Assembly: GCA_964477125.1 (NCBI GenBank)
Contig: CAYZCZ010000003.1
Span: 1 to 48,791 of the forward strand
DNA length: 48,791 nucleotides
Origin: an uncultured Candidatus Saccharibacteria bacterium
GTDB lineage: Bacteria; Patescibacteriota; Saccharimonadia; Saccharimonadales; CAIOMD01
Reading direction: 5' to 3'
Below the pieces are notes generated by a model, which was given only the letters and a program-made list of their open reading frames with translations, made no database searches and was not told where the DNA came from. Position numbers and translations under genes: made by a program. Positions 1-10,470 of this stretch are shown here, piece by piece. Positions within the stretch are counted from its first letter, which is position 1, and every line of letters starts with the position of its first letter.

Positions 1-422
1 AATATTTCCTGGTCTGGTTTAGCAATACCGTACAAATATGATGGAACAACCACATTAAACAGACCCTTTTTTTCAATTGGTTTAATAAATTCTATATATG
101 CCTCTTCATTGACATTGCTTAATAAACCAATGACATATCCCTGCTCTTTTAATTCTTTTATATAGCTAAGTAATTTTTCTGAGACTGCAAAACGTTTATC
201 GCTATCGTGATAGATCTTTAAAAAATCTGTTACATTCATATCCGTAAGTTCAGCATATGTTTGAAAAAATTCTTCTTGATTTATATAGCCATTGTCTAAA
301 GCCTTGTGTAAATCTGTTATTGCCTGAATATTTTCAGCCTTAATATCAATCTTTTCTGCTATCAACTGATAAACTGACGCCCCTATGACTCCAAAAAAAT
401 CAAAAATTATTGCCCTAGTCAT
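1..422 (-). CDS. HAD-superfamily hydrolase (IA-like), C-terminus cut by the window edge
   Basis: Absent from the ORF track because it runs off the window. The reverse-strand ATG at 422-420 abuts the Nudix stop. The translation MTRAIIFDFFGVIG...GLLSNVNEE...GIAKPD shows HAD motif I-like FDFxGV, motif II LLSN and a motif III Lys. Confidence 0.6.
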   Translation of the reverse strand, partial: MTRAIIFDFFGVIGASVYQLIAEKIDIKAENIQAITDLHKALDNGYINQEEFFQTYAELTDMNVTDFLKIYHDSDKRFAVSEKLLSYIKELKEQGYVIGLLSNVNEEAYIEFIKPIEKKGLFNVVVPSYLYGIAKPDQEI

Positions 423-998
423 TTAAGTTAATCTAATTGCTTCTCTAAGAGACAAAACGTCTTTTATAACTTCTTTATAATATATTCTAGGATGTCTTAC
501 TAGCCTATTATCGCTAGCTTTTACCATATTAATAAAATCTTTAATTTTCACTAACTTAAAAGCTCCAACTTCTTTGTTGTCTATTTTAAATTTATTTATT
601 GATTCCCTACTTAATACTGCATAGTATACAAATGCTTGCTGGTTATGTTTAAACCTTTGCCCATCAAATATACCCAACTCACTAAATATTATTTTTTTTG
701 GTTTTTTGCTTAGATAACTTTCTATATTAAAGCCACCTTCTTCGTTTGCCTCGCGAATAATTGCCTGTCTTACATCTTCACCTTCATCAACATGGCCAGC
801 AAAAGAAATATCTAGCTTCCCAGGAAAAAATTTTTCTTTTTTACTGCGTCTTTGTAGTAAAACGTATTCCCCATCATTAGTTAAAATCCAGCAATGCGAA
901 TTAATACATTCTAAGCTATTACAGCCATGAACTTCACCAATATATACTCCCCTATGGAGCCGACGATGGCTTAAGCTGGCAACTGCAATATTTGGCAT
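423..998 (-). CDS. Nudix hydrolase
   Basis: Nudix box GHVDEGEDVRQAIIREANEEGG fits GX5EX7REUXEEXGU. Confidence 0.85.
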   Translation of the reverse strand: MPNIAVASLSHRRLHRGVYIGEVHGCNSLECINSHCWILTNDGEYVLLQRRSKKEKFFPGKLDISFAGHVDEGEDVRQAIIREANEEGGFNIESYLSKKPKKIIFSELGIFDGQRFKHNQQAFVYYAVLSRESINKFKIDNKEVGAFKLVKIKDFINMVKASDNRLVRHPRIYYKEVIKDVLSLREAIRLT

Positions 999-1077
999 AT
1001 TTATTTTCTATCAATGCTTTTAGTATTATGCTTATCACTATAAAAATCAATAGTAACAAAAATATGTTCTCGCCATG

Positions 1078-2370
1078 CTAGTTGCCACCATTTTCTACAG
1101 GAGGATTTGGAGTCGAACCATCTTCCCACACGTTACCATTGAACTGGTTGTTTACAACTGATCTGGTGATATTGTCTACTGTCATCGCACAGGGATGCGA
1201 AAATCCAAAAGTTGTTTTTGTGATCTGCTGGTTTTTCCCAAAAATATTTGAATTTATATATAAACCCGTAATCCCAGTCGTCGTTGTGTTTCGATATACA
1301 TTTACAGAACAAGAGCCATGATTCAACCAATTGTTTGTTATCTGAGTATCAGTGGTTGCAATACCACCATTTTCATTAACCATAATTGCTGATGTAGCCC
1401 CAAAAGCCGTTAATGAATTTGCTGTAATATTATTGCCAATTATTCTTGTATTCGATCCATAATGTAACTGTATACCGTCTGTATGCGTAGGCTCATCACA
1501 ACCGTGGCCAGGAGAATATTGCCCTACGAATAAATCATGTACATAGCTGTTCTGAACAGTCGTGTTAGTAGCGCCATTACGAAATATTCCAACCCCATCA
1601 ACCGTTTTTGAGATATCTACTCTTGTTAAAGTCATATTATAGCCATGTATTCCATTGCCCAAAAATGTACTTGGTCTTGTAGCCTCTATCTCGCTATCTT
1701 CAATAACTAGACTTGTATGAGTATTAAATGCAGTTACTGCCTGCCATGATTTATTAACATTAACTAAGCACTCCGCCGTACTAGTAGGCTCTTCTGGCAA
1801 ATCCCACGGCGTAGGATTTGCCTCGATACGAGAGTATTTAATAATTACATTATCAGCAGTACTAGAAAGCGTTAGCCTGCCCTTAATAAGCATATTGGTG
1901 AATGTTCCGGATTTACTGATTGTGACGTTACCATTTGATGCAACAGTAATACCTTTATTTGTATCTGTCACGGGTACGGTAAGTGCTTGCCCTGTTGGTA
2001 CGCCAGTATTCGTTGCATCAGGCTTAATTAGGACTTGAGTCACAGCTCCCCAGCTACTAATAAGTATCGAAAGGTCCTGGACATTGACAATTCCATCTTT
2101 ATTTATATCTGCAGGCTGACTATTAGTTGCCCATTTAGATATTAATATAGATAAATCTTGGACATTAACTACGCTGTCGATATTTAGGTCAGCAGATGGA
2201 TTTGATGCCGCAGAAGTAGAAACAATATTAGAATTTGATTTACTTAAATTGAAAAATCCAAAACCAAACACCGAAATGGTGGCAAAAACTATAACTAGCG
2301 GGATAAACAAACGTTTTTGGTTTTTCATATTTTTATGTTTTTTATTATTACCCATGGTTATGCTTAGCAC
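1078..2370 (-). CDS. Secreted or anchored protein with two dockerin-like repeats and a right-handed beta-helix (pectate-lyase-like) body
   Basis: Basic N-terminus followed by a hydrophobic anchor (LFIPLVIVFATISVFGFGF). Tandem repeats DLNIDSVVNVQDLSILISKW and DINKDGIVNVQDLSILISSW. The C-terminal part is N/T/G-rich with IIGNNI/ITNN turns typical of parallel beta-helices. The true start may be an internal Met (MGNNKK or MKNQKR). Confidence 0.6.
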   Translation of the reverse strand: MLSITMGNNKKHKNMKNQKRLFIPLVIVFATISVFGFGFFNLSKSNSNIVSTSAASNPSADLNIDSVVNVQDLSILISKWATNSQPADINKDGIVNVQDLSILISSWGAVTQVLIKPDATNTGVPTGQALTVPVTDTNKGITVASNGNVTISKSGTFTNMLIKGRLTLSSTADNVIIKYSRIEANPTPWDLPEEPTSTAECLVNVNKSWQAVTAFNTHTSLVIEDSEIEATRPSTFLGNGIHGYNMTLTRVDISKTVDGVGIFRNGATNTTVQNSYVHDLFVGQYSPGHGCDEPTHTDGIQLHYGSNTRIIGNNITANSLTAFGATSAIMVNENGGIATTDTQITNNWLNHGSCSVNVYRNTTTTGITGLYINSNIFGKNQQITKTTFGFSHPCAMTVDNITRSVVNNQFNGNVWEDGSTPNPPVENGGN

Positions 2371-2375
2371 AATTA

Positions 2376-2810
2376 TTATACGCCAGTACTACCAAAACCT
2401 TTGCCACCTCTTTGGGTATTACTAAGTTTCATCGATTCTACTATTTCTACTTTTTCGTATTTAGCTACTACAAGCTGGGCAATTCTATCGCCACCGTTAA
2501 CAACAAAGTCTTTTTCGCCTAAATTAACCAGAATTACACCTATTTCGCCACGATAGTCAGCGTCTATAGTACCAATTCCATTAACGAGACTTATGCCATG
2601 CTTAGCAGATAGTCCACTCCTGGCCCTAACTTGCACCTCAAAGCCCTCAGGCACCTCTACGGCAAGCCCCGTTGGTACAATTGTCCTTTGCATGTGTTTA
2701 ATGATAATAGGCTGTTCTAGGCACGCAGAAACATCCATACCTGCGCTATGTTCTGTTTGGTAACTAGGTATAATGGCACTGATCTTTAATTTATTGAACT
2801 TAACTATCAT
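2376..2810 (-). CDS. dut: dUTP diphosphatase
   Basis: dUTPase motifs [22 protein letters not shown] and a C-terminal [10 protein letters not shown]. Confidence 0.9.
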   Translation of the reverse strand: MIVKFNKLKISAIIPSYQTEHSAGMDVSACLEQPIIIKHMQRTIVPTGLAVEVPEGFEVQVRARSGLSAKHGISLVNGIGTIDADYRGEIGVILVNLGEKDFVVNGGDRIAQLVVAKYEKVEIVESMKLSNTQRGGKGFGSTGV

Positions 2811-2847
2811 TATTAGTATTTTGACAGATAATTATAGGAAAATACAG

Positions 2848-3438
2848 CTAAAGTCGAACGCCATTAACAATAGTGTTGTAGTTTGGAATTTGGTTTCTGA
2901 ACAACTGCTGAACTTGTCCAGTACTCCCAGCAAAAGTACCCGATTTTGTATTACACGAAGCATTCCATGAATTAAGAGGCGTGTCGGTCCCAGTTAAAAT
3001 TTGGTAACTATACCTGATGCCCAGTGTGCAATATGTGTCGAATGTTACACCTTCTTTGGCTTCCCTAGTATTCATAAAACCATTGCCCTGTAATGCTCCT
3101 AAAAAGGCGTCATAGCTGGCTTGGTTATTAGCAAAGCTTTGGCTAGTGGTTGGAGGTTTACCGTAACCGTTATATATCTCTACCATTCTAGATGAGTTAG
3201 AAATTGTTATGGTAACCACATAATGATTTTCTGGTGCAGTAACATTCCCTGTTTGTATAAATCGCATGCTTCCGGTAGTTGCATAAGCGGCTGTTGTTGC
3301 TGGTTTTTGCTCTGTACTGCCGGAACCATTTTTGTTTTGGCTAGGTCTTGTAAACAAAAGCACGATAATAGCTAAAAATAGCATTATTCCAAATGCAACC
3401 AAAACCCACCTTAATATCCTTAAAAGACCACTGTCCAT
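2848..3438 (-). CDS. Membrane-anchored hypothetical protein
   Basis: Single N-terminal TM (WVLVAFGIMLFLAIIVLLF) followed by an extracytoplasmic domain. No recognisable motif. Confidence 0.5.
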   Translation of the reverse strand: MDSGLLRILRWVLVAFGIMLFLAIIVLLFTRPSQNKNGSGSTEQKPATTAAYATTGSMRFIQTGNVTAPENHYVVTITISNSSRMVEIYNGYGKPPTTSQSFANNQASYDAFLGALQGNGFMNTREAKEGVTFDTYCTLGIRYSYQILTGTDTPLNSWNASCNTKSGTFAGSTGQVQQLFRNQIPNYNTIVNGVRL

Positions 3439-3512
3439 AAGTATTATTATATAACTTTTTGCATAATTATCAATTACTTTATTTGATATGGTTTTTTATA
3501 CTAAAGACAGAT

Positions 3513-3887
3513 ATGAAATCAATTAAAAAAAGATGGCCCGAAAGTATTTATGGTGTTGGAACAGAACCCGACCCTAGAACTTCACTAGCTAATGAACGAA
3601 CTGCCTTAGCTGGCATAAGAACCGCTTTAGCTTTAGTGGCTACCAGTATTGCAATGGTAGCAGTTATTAGTTATTTTGATGACTCGGCACAATTACTAAA
3701 GTTAATTGCTGTAATTTTGGCGGTAAGCGGTAGTATAATTTCTATTGGAGCAATAGTTCACTGGGTCAATGTTGAAAAAGCTTTAAGACTTAAAAAACCC
3801 TTACCATCACCCCATGGACTGGTTACAATTTCTGTATTGATTGCCATAATTGGTCTTATCGCAATAATCAGCCTAGTAACAGTATGA
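3513..3887 (+). CDS. DUF202/YidH-like membrane protein
   Basis: ANERTALAGIRTALAL matches the DUF202 signature (ANERTFLAWIRT), followed by 2-3 TM segments. I prefer the ATG at 3513 (MKSIKK) over the longer ORF start at 3459. Confidence 0.6.
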   Translation: MKSIKKRWPESIYGVGTEPDPRTSLANERTALAGIRTALALVATSIAMVAVISYFDDSAQLLKLIAVILAVSGSIISIGAIVHWVNVEKALRLKKPLPSPHGLVTISVLIAIIGLIAIISLVTV

Positions 3888-4180
3888 GAAAAATACCGTC
3901 TTTACAAAACGACAGCTCCAGCGCCCTAGAAAGAACCTATTTAACCTGGCTAAGAATGTCACTTAGCATGTTAGCAGTGTCAATATTATCGTTAAAAATC
4001 ATTAGCATTAACTATGACCCTTTAAATGTATTTATAGCAATTATTGCTTTCTTTGGTTCACTAGCTTTAAGCCTAATTAATTTTTTCTATTTTCATAAAG
4101 TGAATACAATTTATTTATTACTATTTGCTTTTTTTATCACAAATTTAATTGCTGTGATTGCCTTACTAGAATCTATTTAG
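3884..4180 (+). CDS. Second DUF202-like membrane protein
   Basis: LERTYLTWLRMSLS motif plus TM segments. A 4-nt ATGA overlap with the upstream gene suggests translational coupling. Confidence 0.5.
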   Translation: MRKIPSLQNDSSSALERTYLTWLRMSLSMLAVSILSLKIISINYDPLNVFIAIIAFFGSLALSLINFFYFHKVNTIYLLLFAFFITNLIAVIALLESI

Positions 4181-4184
4181 CAAT

Positions 4185-4721
4185 TTAAGTATTCAACTTT
4201 TTTTGGTAATTTTGCCAAATTAGTCCCGATTCATCAGGGTATGGAGTACCATTCTTAACAAAACCATTTCTTTCAAAAAAATCCGTCGAACCGACATTTG
4301 AAAGCAATGTTCTAGTATATGCAATTTCAGTACCAATATCAGACAGCAACTTTTCTACAGTAGCTAATATTTTAGATCCCAACCTTAAGCCCCGCATTGC
4401 AGGGTTGCCAATTAAAATACTAATAGATGGAGCTGGCACATTGTCATATTGAACTCGCCATATTTCTAAAGCACCAATTATACTACCTTTATAAGAAATC
4501 ATTCTAATAAGCTCATTTTTACTTTTAACCATTAATTTTAACCGCTTGGTTTCAGTTTTTAAGCTTGGTTCAAAACCATCGGGCACTAAACAACCCATTA
4601 GTCGCATATTTTCTCGGCCATGTTCGCCTTTGAGCCATAATACACTCACCTGCGCATCCCTTTTAGGATTCGGTATAATCAGGGTTATATCTTCATTTAC
4701 TATTATATTTTTTGCTATCAT
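4185..4721 (-). CDS. GNAT-family N-acetyltransferase
   Basis: Acetyl-CoA binding-like segment RGLRLGSKILATVEKLL and a C-terminal ERNGF, typical of the GNAT fold. Confidence 0.6.
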   Translation of the reverse strand: MIAKNIIVNEDITLIIPNPKRDAQVSVLWLKGEHGRENMRLMGCLVPDGFEPSLKTETKRLKLMVKSKNELIRMISYKGSIIGALEIWRVQYDNVPAPSISILIGNPAMRGLRLGSKILATVEKLLSDIGTEIAYTRTLLSNVGSTDFFERNGFVKNGTPYPDESGLIWQNYQKKLNT

Positions 4722-4823
4722 TACAAGTTACAAGAATAATACATAGCAAAATAAATACAATATATATATTTCACTAAGTTTCTATGACTAATCTGGATAC
4801 TTGACTTTATTTTATTTAGTGGT

Positions 4824-5825
4824 TTGATATATATGCGAGGTGAATTTTTATTAATCCCAAATATACGTAATAAAGCCGAACAAATAGTCCGGGGAATTGC
4901 TAGTTTAGCTTTAGCTGAGAATAAAACAGCTGAGCCAGAAATTGATAGTCTGTTTGTCCCTGAAGATTCAAAATATTTATTTAGCGATGAAATATACATT
5001 GACTCTTCAGACGAAATGCATAATATAGATTTTTTCAAATTACCATCCACACCGGAAATAAGTGACTATTGGTATGAAAAAATTTCCAATTTCTATACCG
5101 ATCTATCTACTGAAGCAAAAACTAAACGTTTTCATACATCAGTTGAAAAATTCGAAAATTTTTCAAAAAGTCATCAACGATTACTACTTGCCACCAATGG
5201 CAGAACAATCTCTTACGGAGCAGTAGACAGACAGACAGACGAACTAGTCGCCCATGTTTCAAGAGTTATTGTAAAAAAAAGCGACCCAAGACTACAGGAA
5301 GTGGCGCTTGTAACATCTAGCTCAAAAGACTACTTGCAAAAAGGACTTGCAAAACAATTAGTTGAAAGTCTGATTGAAGATGCACGTGAAAATAAAGTCG
5401 ATTTTTTAGAATTTTATACAAGTAATACAAATACACCTGTTAATAATTTAAACAATAAAATTATTCAAGAAAACAACCTAACCCCGTTACGAATAAGTGA
5501 CGCCGATGATCCAAAATCAACCTATACTTACTTTTATATAGGTAACCCGCCTAGTCTTGAAGATATCCAAACCAAAATAGATACCGACAACTTAATGGCA
5601 TTGTTTGCAAGCGATATAATACTAACCCCAGAAGCTAAATCTACTAAAGACAAGCACGCAATTAACCCACATCTTATCTTAAATCGAAATGAGCTCATTC
5701 TAGAAAGATCCAAACATGAATATATATTTAGACTTTTCGAAGAAGTATATACGAATGTGCATCCAGTAAAATTAGAGGAAGTGCTAACAAAACACAAGCG
5801 TCGAAGAAGCTTATTTTTTAGATAG
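4824..5825 (+). CDS. Hypothetical protein, possibly with a GNAT-like central domain
   Basis: LQKGLAKQLVESLIEDARENKVDFLEFYT resembles a GNAT A-motif region. The start is uncertain. The 3' end overlaps the convergent rnhA by 8 nt. Confidence 0.4.
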   Translation: MIYMRGEFLLIPNIRNKAEQIVRGIASLALAENKTAEPEIDSLFVPEDSKYLFSDEIYIDSSDEMHNIDFFKLPSTPEISDYWYEKISNFYTDLSTEAKTKRFHTSVEKFENFSKSHQRLLLATNGRTISYGAVDRQTDELVAHVSRVIVKKSDPRLQEVALVTSSSKDYLQKGLAKQLVESLIEDARENKVDFLEFYTSNTNTPVNNLNNKIIQENNLTPLRISDADDPKSTYTYFYIGNPPSLEDIQTKIDTDNLMALFASDIILTPEAKSTKDKHAINPHLILNRNELILERSKHEYIFRLFEEVYTNVHPVKLEEVLTKHKRRRSLFFR

Positions 5826-6237
5826 CTATTTGTTGTTCGCGGGCTTTGTTAGCATATTCATCGGCAAGTTCATTGCCCGGATCATTATTATGCCCTCTTA
5901 CCCAAACAAGTGTTGCATTGCTAGCCCTATATAGCGGTACAACTTCTTGAACAATATCTAAGTTTTTTATTTCACCACCTTTTTTCTTCCAGCCATTGGC
6001 TTCCCATGGAATTGACCATTTTGTTATAACATTTATCCAAAATTCACTGTCTGTATATATTTCGGCATGTTCACCATTGGCATCTTTTAGCGCGGATATT
6101 ATAGCCTTACCTTCCATGCGAATATTAGTGGTGTCTGGTTCGCCTCCTAATATATGTGGTTTCATGTCTTTTATAACAGCAAAACCACCCGTGCCTGGGT
6201 TTGGTTCACAACTTCCGTCGGTATAATACACAATCAT
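5818..6237 (-). CDS. rnhA: Ribonuclease HI
   Basis: YTDGSC..NPG, MEGKA, YTDSE and GH..DPGNELADEYA provide the DEDD catalytic residues of RNase H type 1. Confidence 0.85.
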   Translation of the reverse strand: MIVYYTDGSCEPNPGTGGFAVIKDMKPHILGGEPDTTNIRMEGKAIISALKDANGEHAEIYTDSEFWINVITKWSIPWEANGWKKKGGEIKNLDIVQEVVPLYRASNATLVWVRGHNNDPGNELADEYANKAREQQIAI

Positions 6238-6257
6238 TTTTTATCCTTTTTCTAGTT

Positions 6258-8870
6258 TTATAATTCGCCCCAATTTTGGGCAATATGAACATCTACAGAT
6301 AAGTTAATAGCAATTTCTGGGGCAATGTTTTCCATAATATCTTTCATGGTTTTAGCTACTTGGTCAGCATGATTTTTGGGACATTCTACCAAAATACTAT
6401 CGTGAATCTGCAACAACTGTTTTGCCTCTTTGGGTAGAACTTTTTCTAGTTCAATCATAGCCTTTTTCATAAGATCAGCTTCAGTCCCCTGTATAGGCAT
6501 GTTTACTGCTTGTCTTTCGGCAGCTTGACGAACAATAAAATTAGCTGAATGAACATCTGGTGTTGGCCGCCTACGACCATATAACGTCTCTACATAGCCC
6601 TTGTCGCGAGCTTGCTCCTTGAGCCTAAATATATAATCAACTAGTGGCTGGCGAGCAGCAAAGTAACGGTCAATAAAGTTTTTAGCATCGCCCATAGTCA
6701 TACCTGTGGCCACACTTAAACCATGTGGACTCATGCCATACAAAACACCAAAGTTAATAGTTTTGGCTGCGCTACGCATTTGTTTTGTCACATCGTCTAA
6801 GGCAACGCCATATACTTCGGCAGCAGTTCGTATATGTATATCTTCACCATTATTAAATACCTCTATCATATCGTCGTCGCCAGCCATAACTGCAGCTAAG
6901 CGTAATTCAAACTGGCTATAATCGGCGCTAACAAAAACATTTCCCTCGTCCGCAACAAACGCCGTCCGAATTTTACGCCCAAGCTCTGTTCTTACAGGTA
7001 TATTTTGTAAGTTAGGGTCTGCACTACTCAAACGACCAGTTTGGGCTACGGTTATATTAAACGTTGTATGCACCCTACCGTCTTCAGCAACCTGCTGTGG
7101 TAACGTGTCTACATATGTACTTTTCAGCTTCGTATACTCCCTGTAATTAGTTATACAATCAATAATTGGATGGTAAGGCCTTAGTTTATCTAATTCGTTA
7201 GAAGCAGTACTATAACCTGTTTTGCCTTTTTTAATTCCAATTGTCGGCATACCTAAAACGTCAAATAAAATATCTGCTAACTGTTGAGGACTTGATATGT
7301 TGAACTCTTGTTCGGCATAGCCATAAATTGTTTGTTCGATATCGCTAATTTCGTCTTCGAGATATCTACTCATGTCATTTAAATAATTTGTGTCTAACCC
7401 AATACCATCTATTTCCATCTTTGCCAATATCGGAATGATAGGCATTTCAATACTGTTTGCCAACGTATTTAATGATGGTAAATTATTTAATTTAGTAAGC
7501 TGTTTAGTGTAAATATTTTTAATAACACTAGCCACTTCGGCAACATGCAAACCCAAATCTTCTGGTGGCAAATTATCTAAATCTACGAGTTCATAATGAG
7601 CTTGTTTATTAGCTAATTCGCTAAGACTTTTTATCTTATCAAGCGAATCAATTAAGAAGTTAATAATTTGTATATCGTGCTTTGCTACTACATTATTTAT
7701 GCCTAAATAATGTAGGGTTTTTAATACCTTTTTCAGGTCATAACCAATAAGATTCCTACCTTTAACTACATCTACTAAACTATCTTTATTTTTAAAATTC
7801 TCTACAAATGTAACTTGGGTATTATTTGCTAAAATTATCGCAATTGGCTGTCGGCCAAAATTATCCTTTGTTACTACATGTATAAAAATATTGTCTGCTG
7901 GAATAAACTTTTCAATATTTACAAGTTCCAATAAGTTCATGTCCCCTTTAGGAGCCAAACTTGGTGTACTGAGCTGATTATTATTTATGGGTAAATCGCC
8001 TAAGGTTCTTAAAATAGCTCTGAATTCTAGTTTTTCTAGATTTTTTCTTAATCTTGCGCCGTCAAATTTATGAACATCCATAGCCTCTAAATCTAGTTCT
8101 AGTGGAGCATCTAAAAATAAAGTGGCAAGTTTTTTGCTCATATAGGCAGATTCTTTACCTGCTATCAATTTGTCGTGTGCTGATCCACTAATAAGCTCTA
8201 TATTTTCATAAATACCATCAATGGTTTCGTACTTTTGCAATAAAGCCGAGGCTGTCTTTGCTCCAACCCCAGGAACACCCGGAATATTATCGCTACTATC
8301 TCCCTGAAGTGCTTTTAAGTCTAAGAATTGGTCGGTTCTTAGGCCGTACTTTTCAGTAAAACTTTCCGGGTGGAATTCCTCAATGTTACTTAACCCCTTT
8401 TTTAAGGCAAATACTTTGGTGTGGTCGCTAATACACTGTAGGGCATCTAAATCACTGGTTATTAATACTGTTTCTATACCCAATTTGTCTGCCTTCTTGG
8501 CAAATCCAGCCATAATATCGTCGGCTTCATAATCGTCGAGTTCATATAATGGCCACCCCAGACTATCTAGTAGTTCATGAAGTATAGGTATTTGAAAGTA
8601 GAAATCTGGTGGAGCTGGCTTACGCCCTGCCTTATAAGCTGGGTAAATTTCTAAACGCTTTCTTATGTTTGTTTTGGGCTTGTCCCAGGCAACTGCTACA
8701 TAATCAGGCTTTAAACGCTTAATAACTTCTAGGCTAAGCATAGCAAAGCCATAAACTCCACCGGTAGGCGTGCCATCTTTTGTAGATAAATTGGGCATTG
8801 CATAATAACCCCGGTAAAAAACACTTTTACCATCAATAATAACTAACTTCTTATTCGCAGCTTCAGTCAA
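6258..8870 (-). CDS. polA: DNA polymerase I
   Basis: 870 aa. N-terminal 5'-nuclease domain (IIDGKSVFYRGYYA, GDSSDNIPGVPGVG). Pol motifs A (DYSQFELR), B (RSAAKTINFGVLYG) and C (QIHDSILVE). The Exo I position lacks DxE (IFIHVVTKDNFG), so 3'-5' proofreading is probably absent. Confidence 0.95.
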   Translation of the reverse strand: MTEAANKKLVIIDGKSVFYRGYYAMPNLSTKDGTPTGGVYGFAMLSLEVIKRLKPDYVAVAWDKPKTNIRKRLEIYPAYKAGRKPAPPDFYFQIPILHELLDSLGWPLYELDDYEADDIMAGFAKKADKLGIETVLITSDLDALQCISDHTKVFALKKGLSNIEEFHPESFTEKYGLRTDQFLDLKALQGDSSDNIPGVPGVGAKTASALLQKYETIDGIYENIELISGSAHDKLIAGKESAYMSKKLATLFLDAPLELDLEAMDVHKFDGARLRKNLEKLEFRAILRTLGDLPINNNQLSTPSLAPKGDMNLLELVNIEKFIPADNIFIHVVTKDNFGRQPIAIILANNTQVTFVENFKNKDSLVDVVKGRNLIGYDLKKVLKTLHYLGINNVVAKHDIQIINFLIDSLDKIKSLSELANKQAHYELVDLDNLPPEDLGLHVAEVASVIKNIYTKQLTKLNNLPSLNTLANSIEMPIIPILAKMEIDGIGLDTNYLNDMSRYLEDEISDIEQTIYGYAEQEFNISSPQQLADILFDVLGMPTIGIKKGKTGYSTASNELDKLRPYHPIIDCITNYREYTKLKSTYVDTLPQQVAEDGRVHTTFNITVAQTGRLSSADPNLQNIPVRTELGRKIRTAFVADEGNVFVSADYSQFELRLAAVMAGDDDMIEVFNNGEDIHIRTAAEVYGVALDDVTKQMRSAAKTINFGVLYGMSPHGLSVATGMTMGDAKNFIDRYFAARQPLVDYIFRLKEQARDKGYVETLYGRRRPTPDVHSANFIVRQAAERQAVNMPIQGTEADLMKKAMIELEKVLPKEAKQLLQIHDSILVECPKNHADQVAKTMKDIMENIAPEIAINLSVDVHIAQNWGEL

Positions 8871-8926
8871 TTTATCTCGTACTCCTATCGTACACTTTTA
8901 GTATACATCGGATTGATACGAATATA

Positions 8927-10246
8927 CTACAAGCGTTGAACTGGGGTGGTAGGTTGCGTATTGCTTGGGTTACTTGAAGCTTGGGTTACTGGGTTTGTAG
9001 ACTGATATTGAGTTTTGGTGTTTTCAGACGCTACTGGAATATTTCGTTTAATACTATTATCCCTAGAAAATACTGCTACAACCGAAGTACTACTTTTTAA
9101 ACCCTGATATATTTGATTAGTGACATCCTCTACGTTATTAATAACTACGGTCGGGACACTATAGCCTTTGGGGTTTTCCTTGTTATCTGGTTCAGTAACA
9201 GTTACTGGTCTCTGATATTTTTGAGCTAATCCAACAACATAATCTCTAATTTTAGCTTTTGAAAAATCATAATTATACGCACTTGAACCTGGTACCTGAG
9301 TAATAGTTAACCAGTCTAATTTTTGTTTTTTGGTAGGTGTAGCATTTATACCAACATATCGTACCGATACATTTGTGGCTAGCATATTATTAGCTTGGTT
9401 AATCTCTGGTTGCAAATCGGCTACATAAATATTTGGCTTTACGCCAACCGAGTTCATTTTAATAGTTACGTCAGACATTTCTGATAAAGCATTATTAATT
9501 TGTTGGGTTACATGTGCCGGGCTGGCACTAAATCCAACTACTTCTGGTTTGGCCACTACACCGTCGGTTCCTTTCATAATATAGGCATCTTCGGAACGGG
9601 TTTGCATATGAGTGATATTTTGGCGTAGATAGCCTTGTACGTGACGCTCATTGGCCATAGATTCAACTGGTATTTGGGTTTTTAATAAAAATGAGTATGG
9701 ATTAACCCGTTTGGCTATAGACTGATCTATCGCAGACTCAAAATCATACTGTGGGTTAAACGTACTGGCTGGAGTTGACCAAGTAAGCCCACCATCAACA
9801 AAAGTAACTGTTAGGTTTTTAGATGTTTTATCTAATAGCGCATTTATTTGTTGCTTGTCCATACCACCTACGCTTAAGCCCCCAATTTTAGCAAACGGCA
9901 GTGCTCTGTTGGTGTACTTCATATTCAAATAAATACCCAAACCAGCAATAACAAAACTAATCATTACTAGTATGACAGTAGTAATGGCTAATCCGTGATA
10001 AATTTTCTTTGCCAAAATATGCCTTTTATAGGCTTTGGCACTACTAGAAAAATCATTTTTTCTATTTATTGGTTTTGGTATCGCGTCGGGTTCTGCAAAA
10101 CCTGCCTGTGCTTGTACGTAAGCAGGCATAGAACTTGCAATAGGCATGGCCGTATTTGCTGAACTGTACGAAACCGGTTGCTGCGAAACAACTGGTTGAG
10201 CAGGAGCAAAAAAACCTTGCCGTGGACGCGGATGTTTTATGTCCAC
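8927..10246 (-). CDS. Membrane-anchored hypothetical protein with PQ-rich termini
   Basis: One TM (GLAITTVILVMISFVIAGLGIYL). Low-complexity N- and C-termini. No catalytic motif recognised. Confidence 0.5.
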   Translation of the reverse strand: MDIKHPRPRQGFFAPAQPVVSQQPVSYSSANTAMPIASSMPAYVQAQAGFAEPDAIPKPINRKNDFSSSAKAYKRHILAKKIYHGLAITTVILVMISFVIAGLGIYLNMKYTNRALPFAKIGGLSVGGMDKQQINALLDKTSKNLTVTFVDGGLTWSTPASTFNPQYDFESAIDQSIAKRVNPYSFLLKTQIPVESMANERHVQGYLRQNITHMQTRSEDAYIMKGTDGVVAKPEVVGFSASPAHVTQQINNALSEMSDVTIKMNSVGVKPNIYVADLQPEINQANNMLATNVSVRYVGINATPTKKQKLDWLTITQVPGSSAYNYDFSKAKIRDYVVGLAQKYQRPVTVTEPDNKENPKGYSVPTVVINNVEDVTNQIYQGLKSSTSVVAVFSRDNSIKRNIPVASENTKTQYQSTNPVTQASSNPSNTQPTTPVQRL

Positions 10247-10470
10247 AAGGGTTTTTCCTTTATTTCACATGAAAGAACAAAGCCACCTTTTACGGCAACT
10301 ATTTTTCTTCCACTTATTTTTTATCTCTCTTTTTACGCGGTACGAGCTTTGTTTTAAGCTTTATACTTTATATATTAACCATAAACACTACCAAAGTCAA
10401 ACTCCTATCAAAATACAACACTGCATTATACAGACTTTTACTTATCTTACATTTTTAAAAAAATAAGTAG

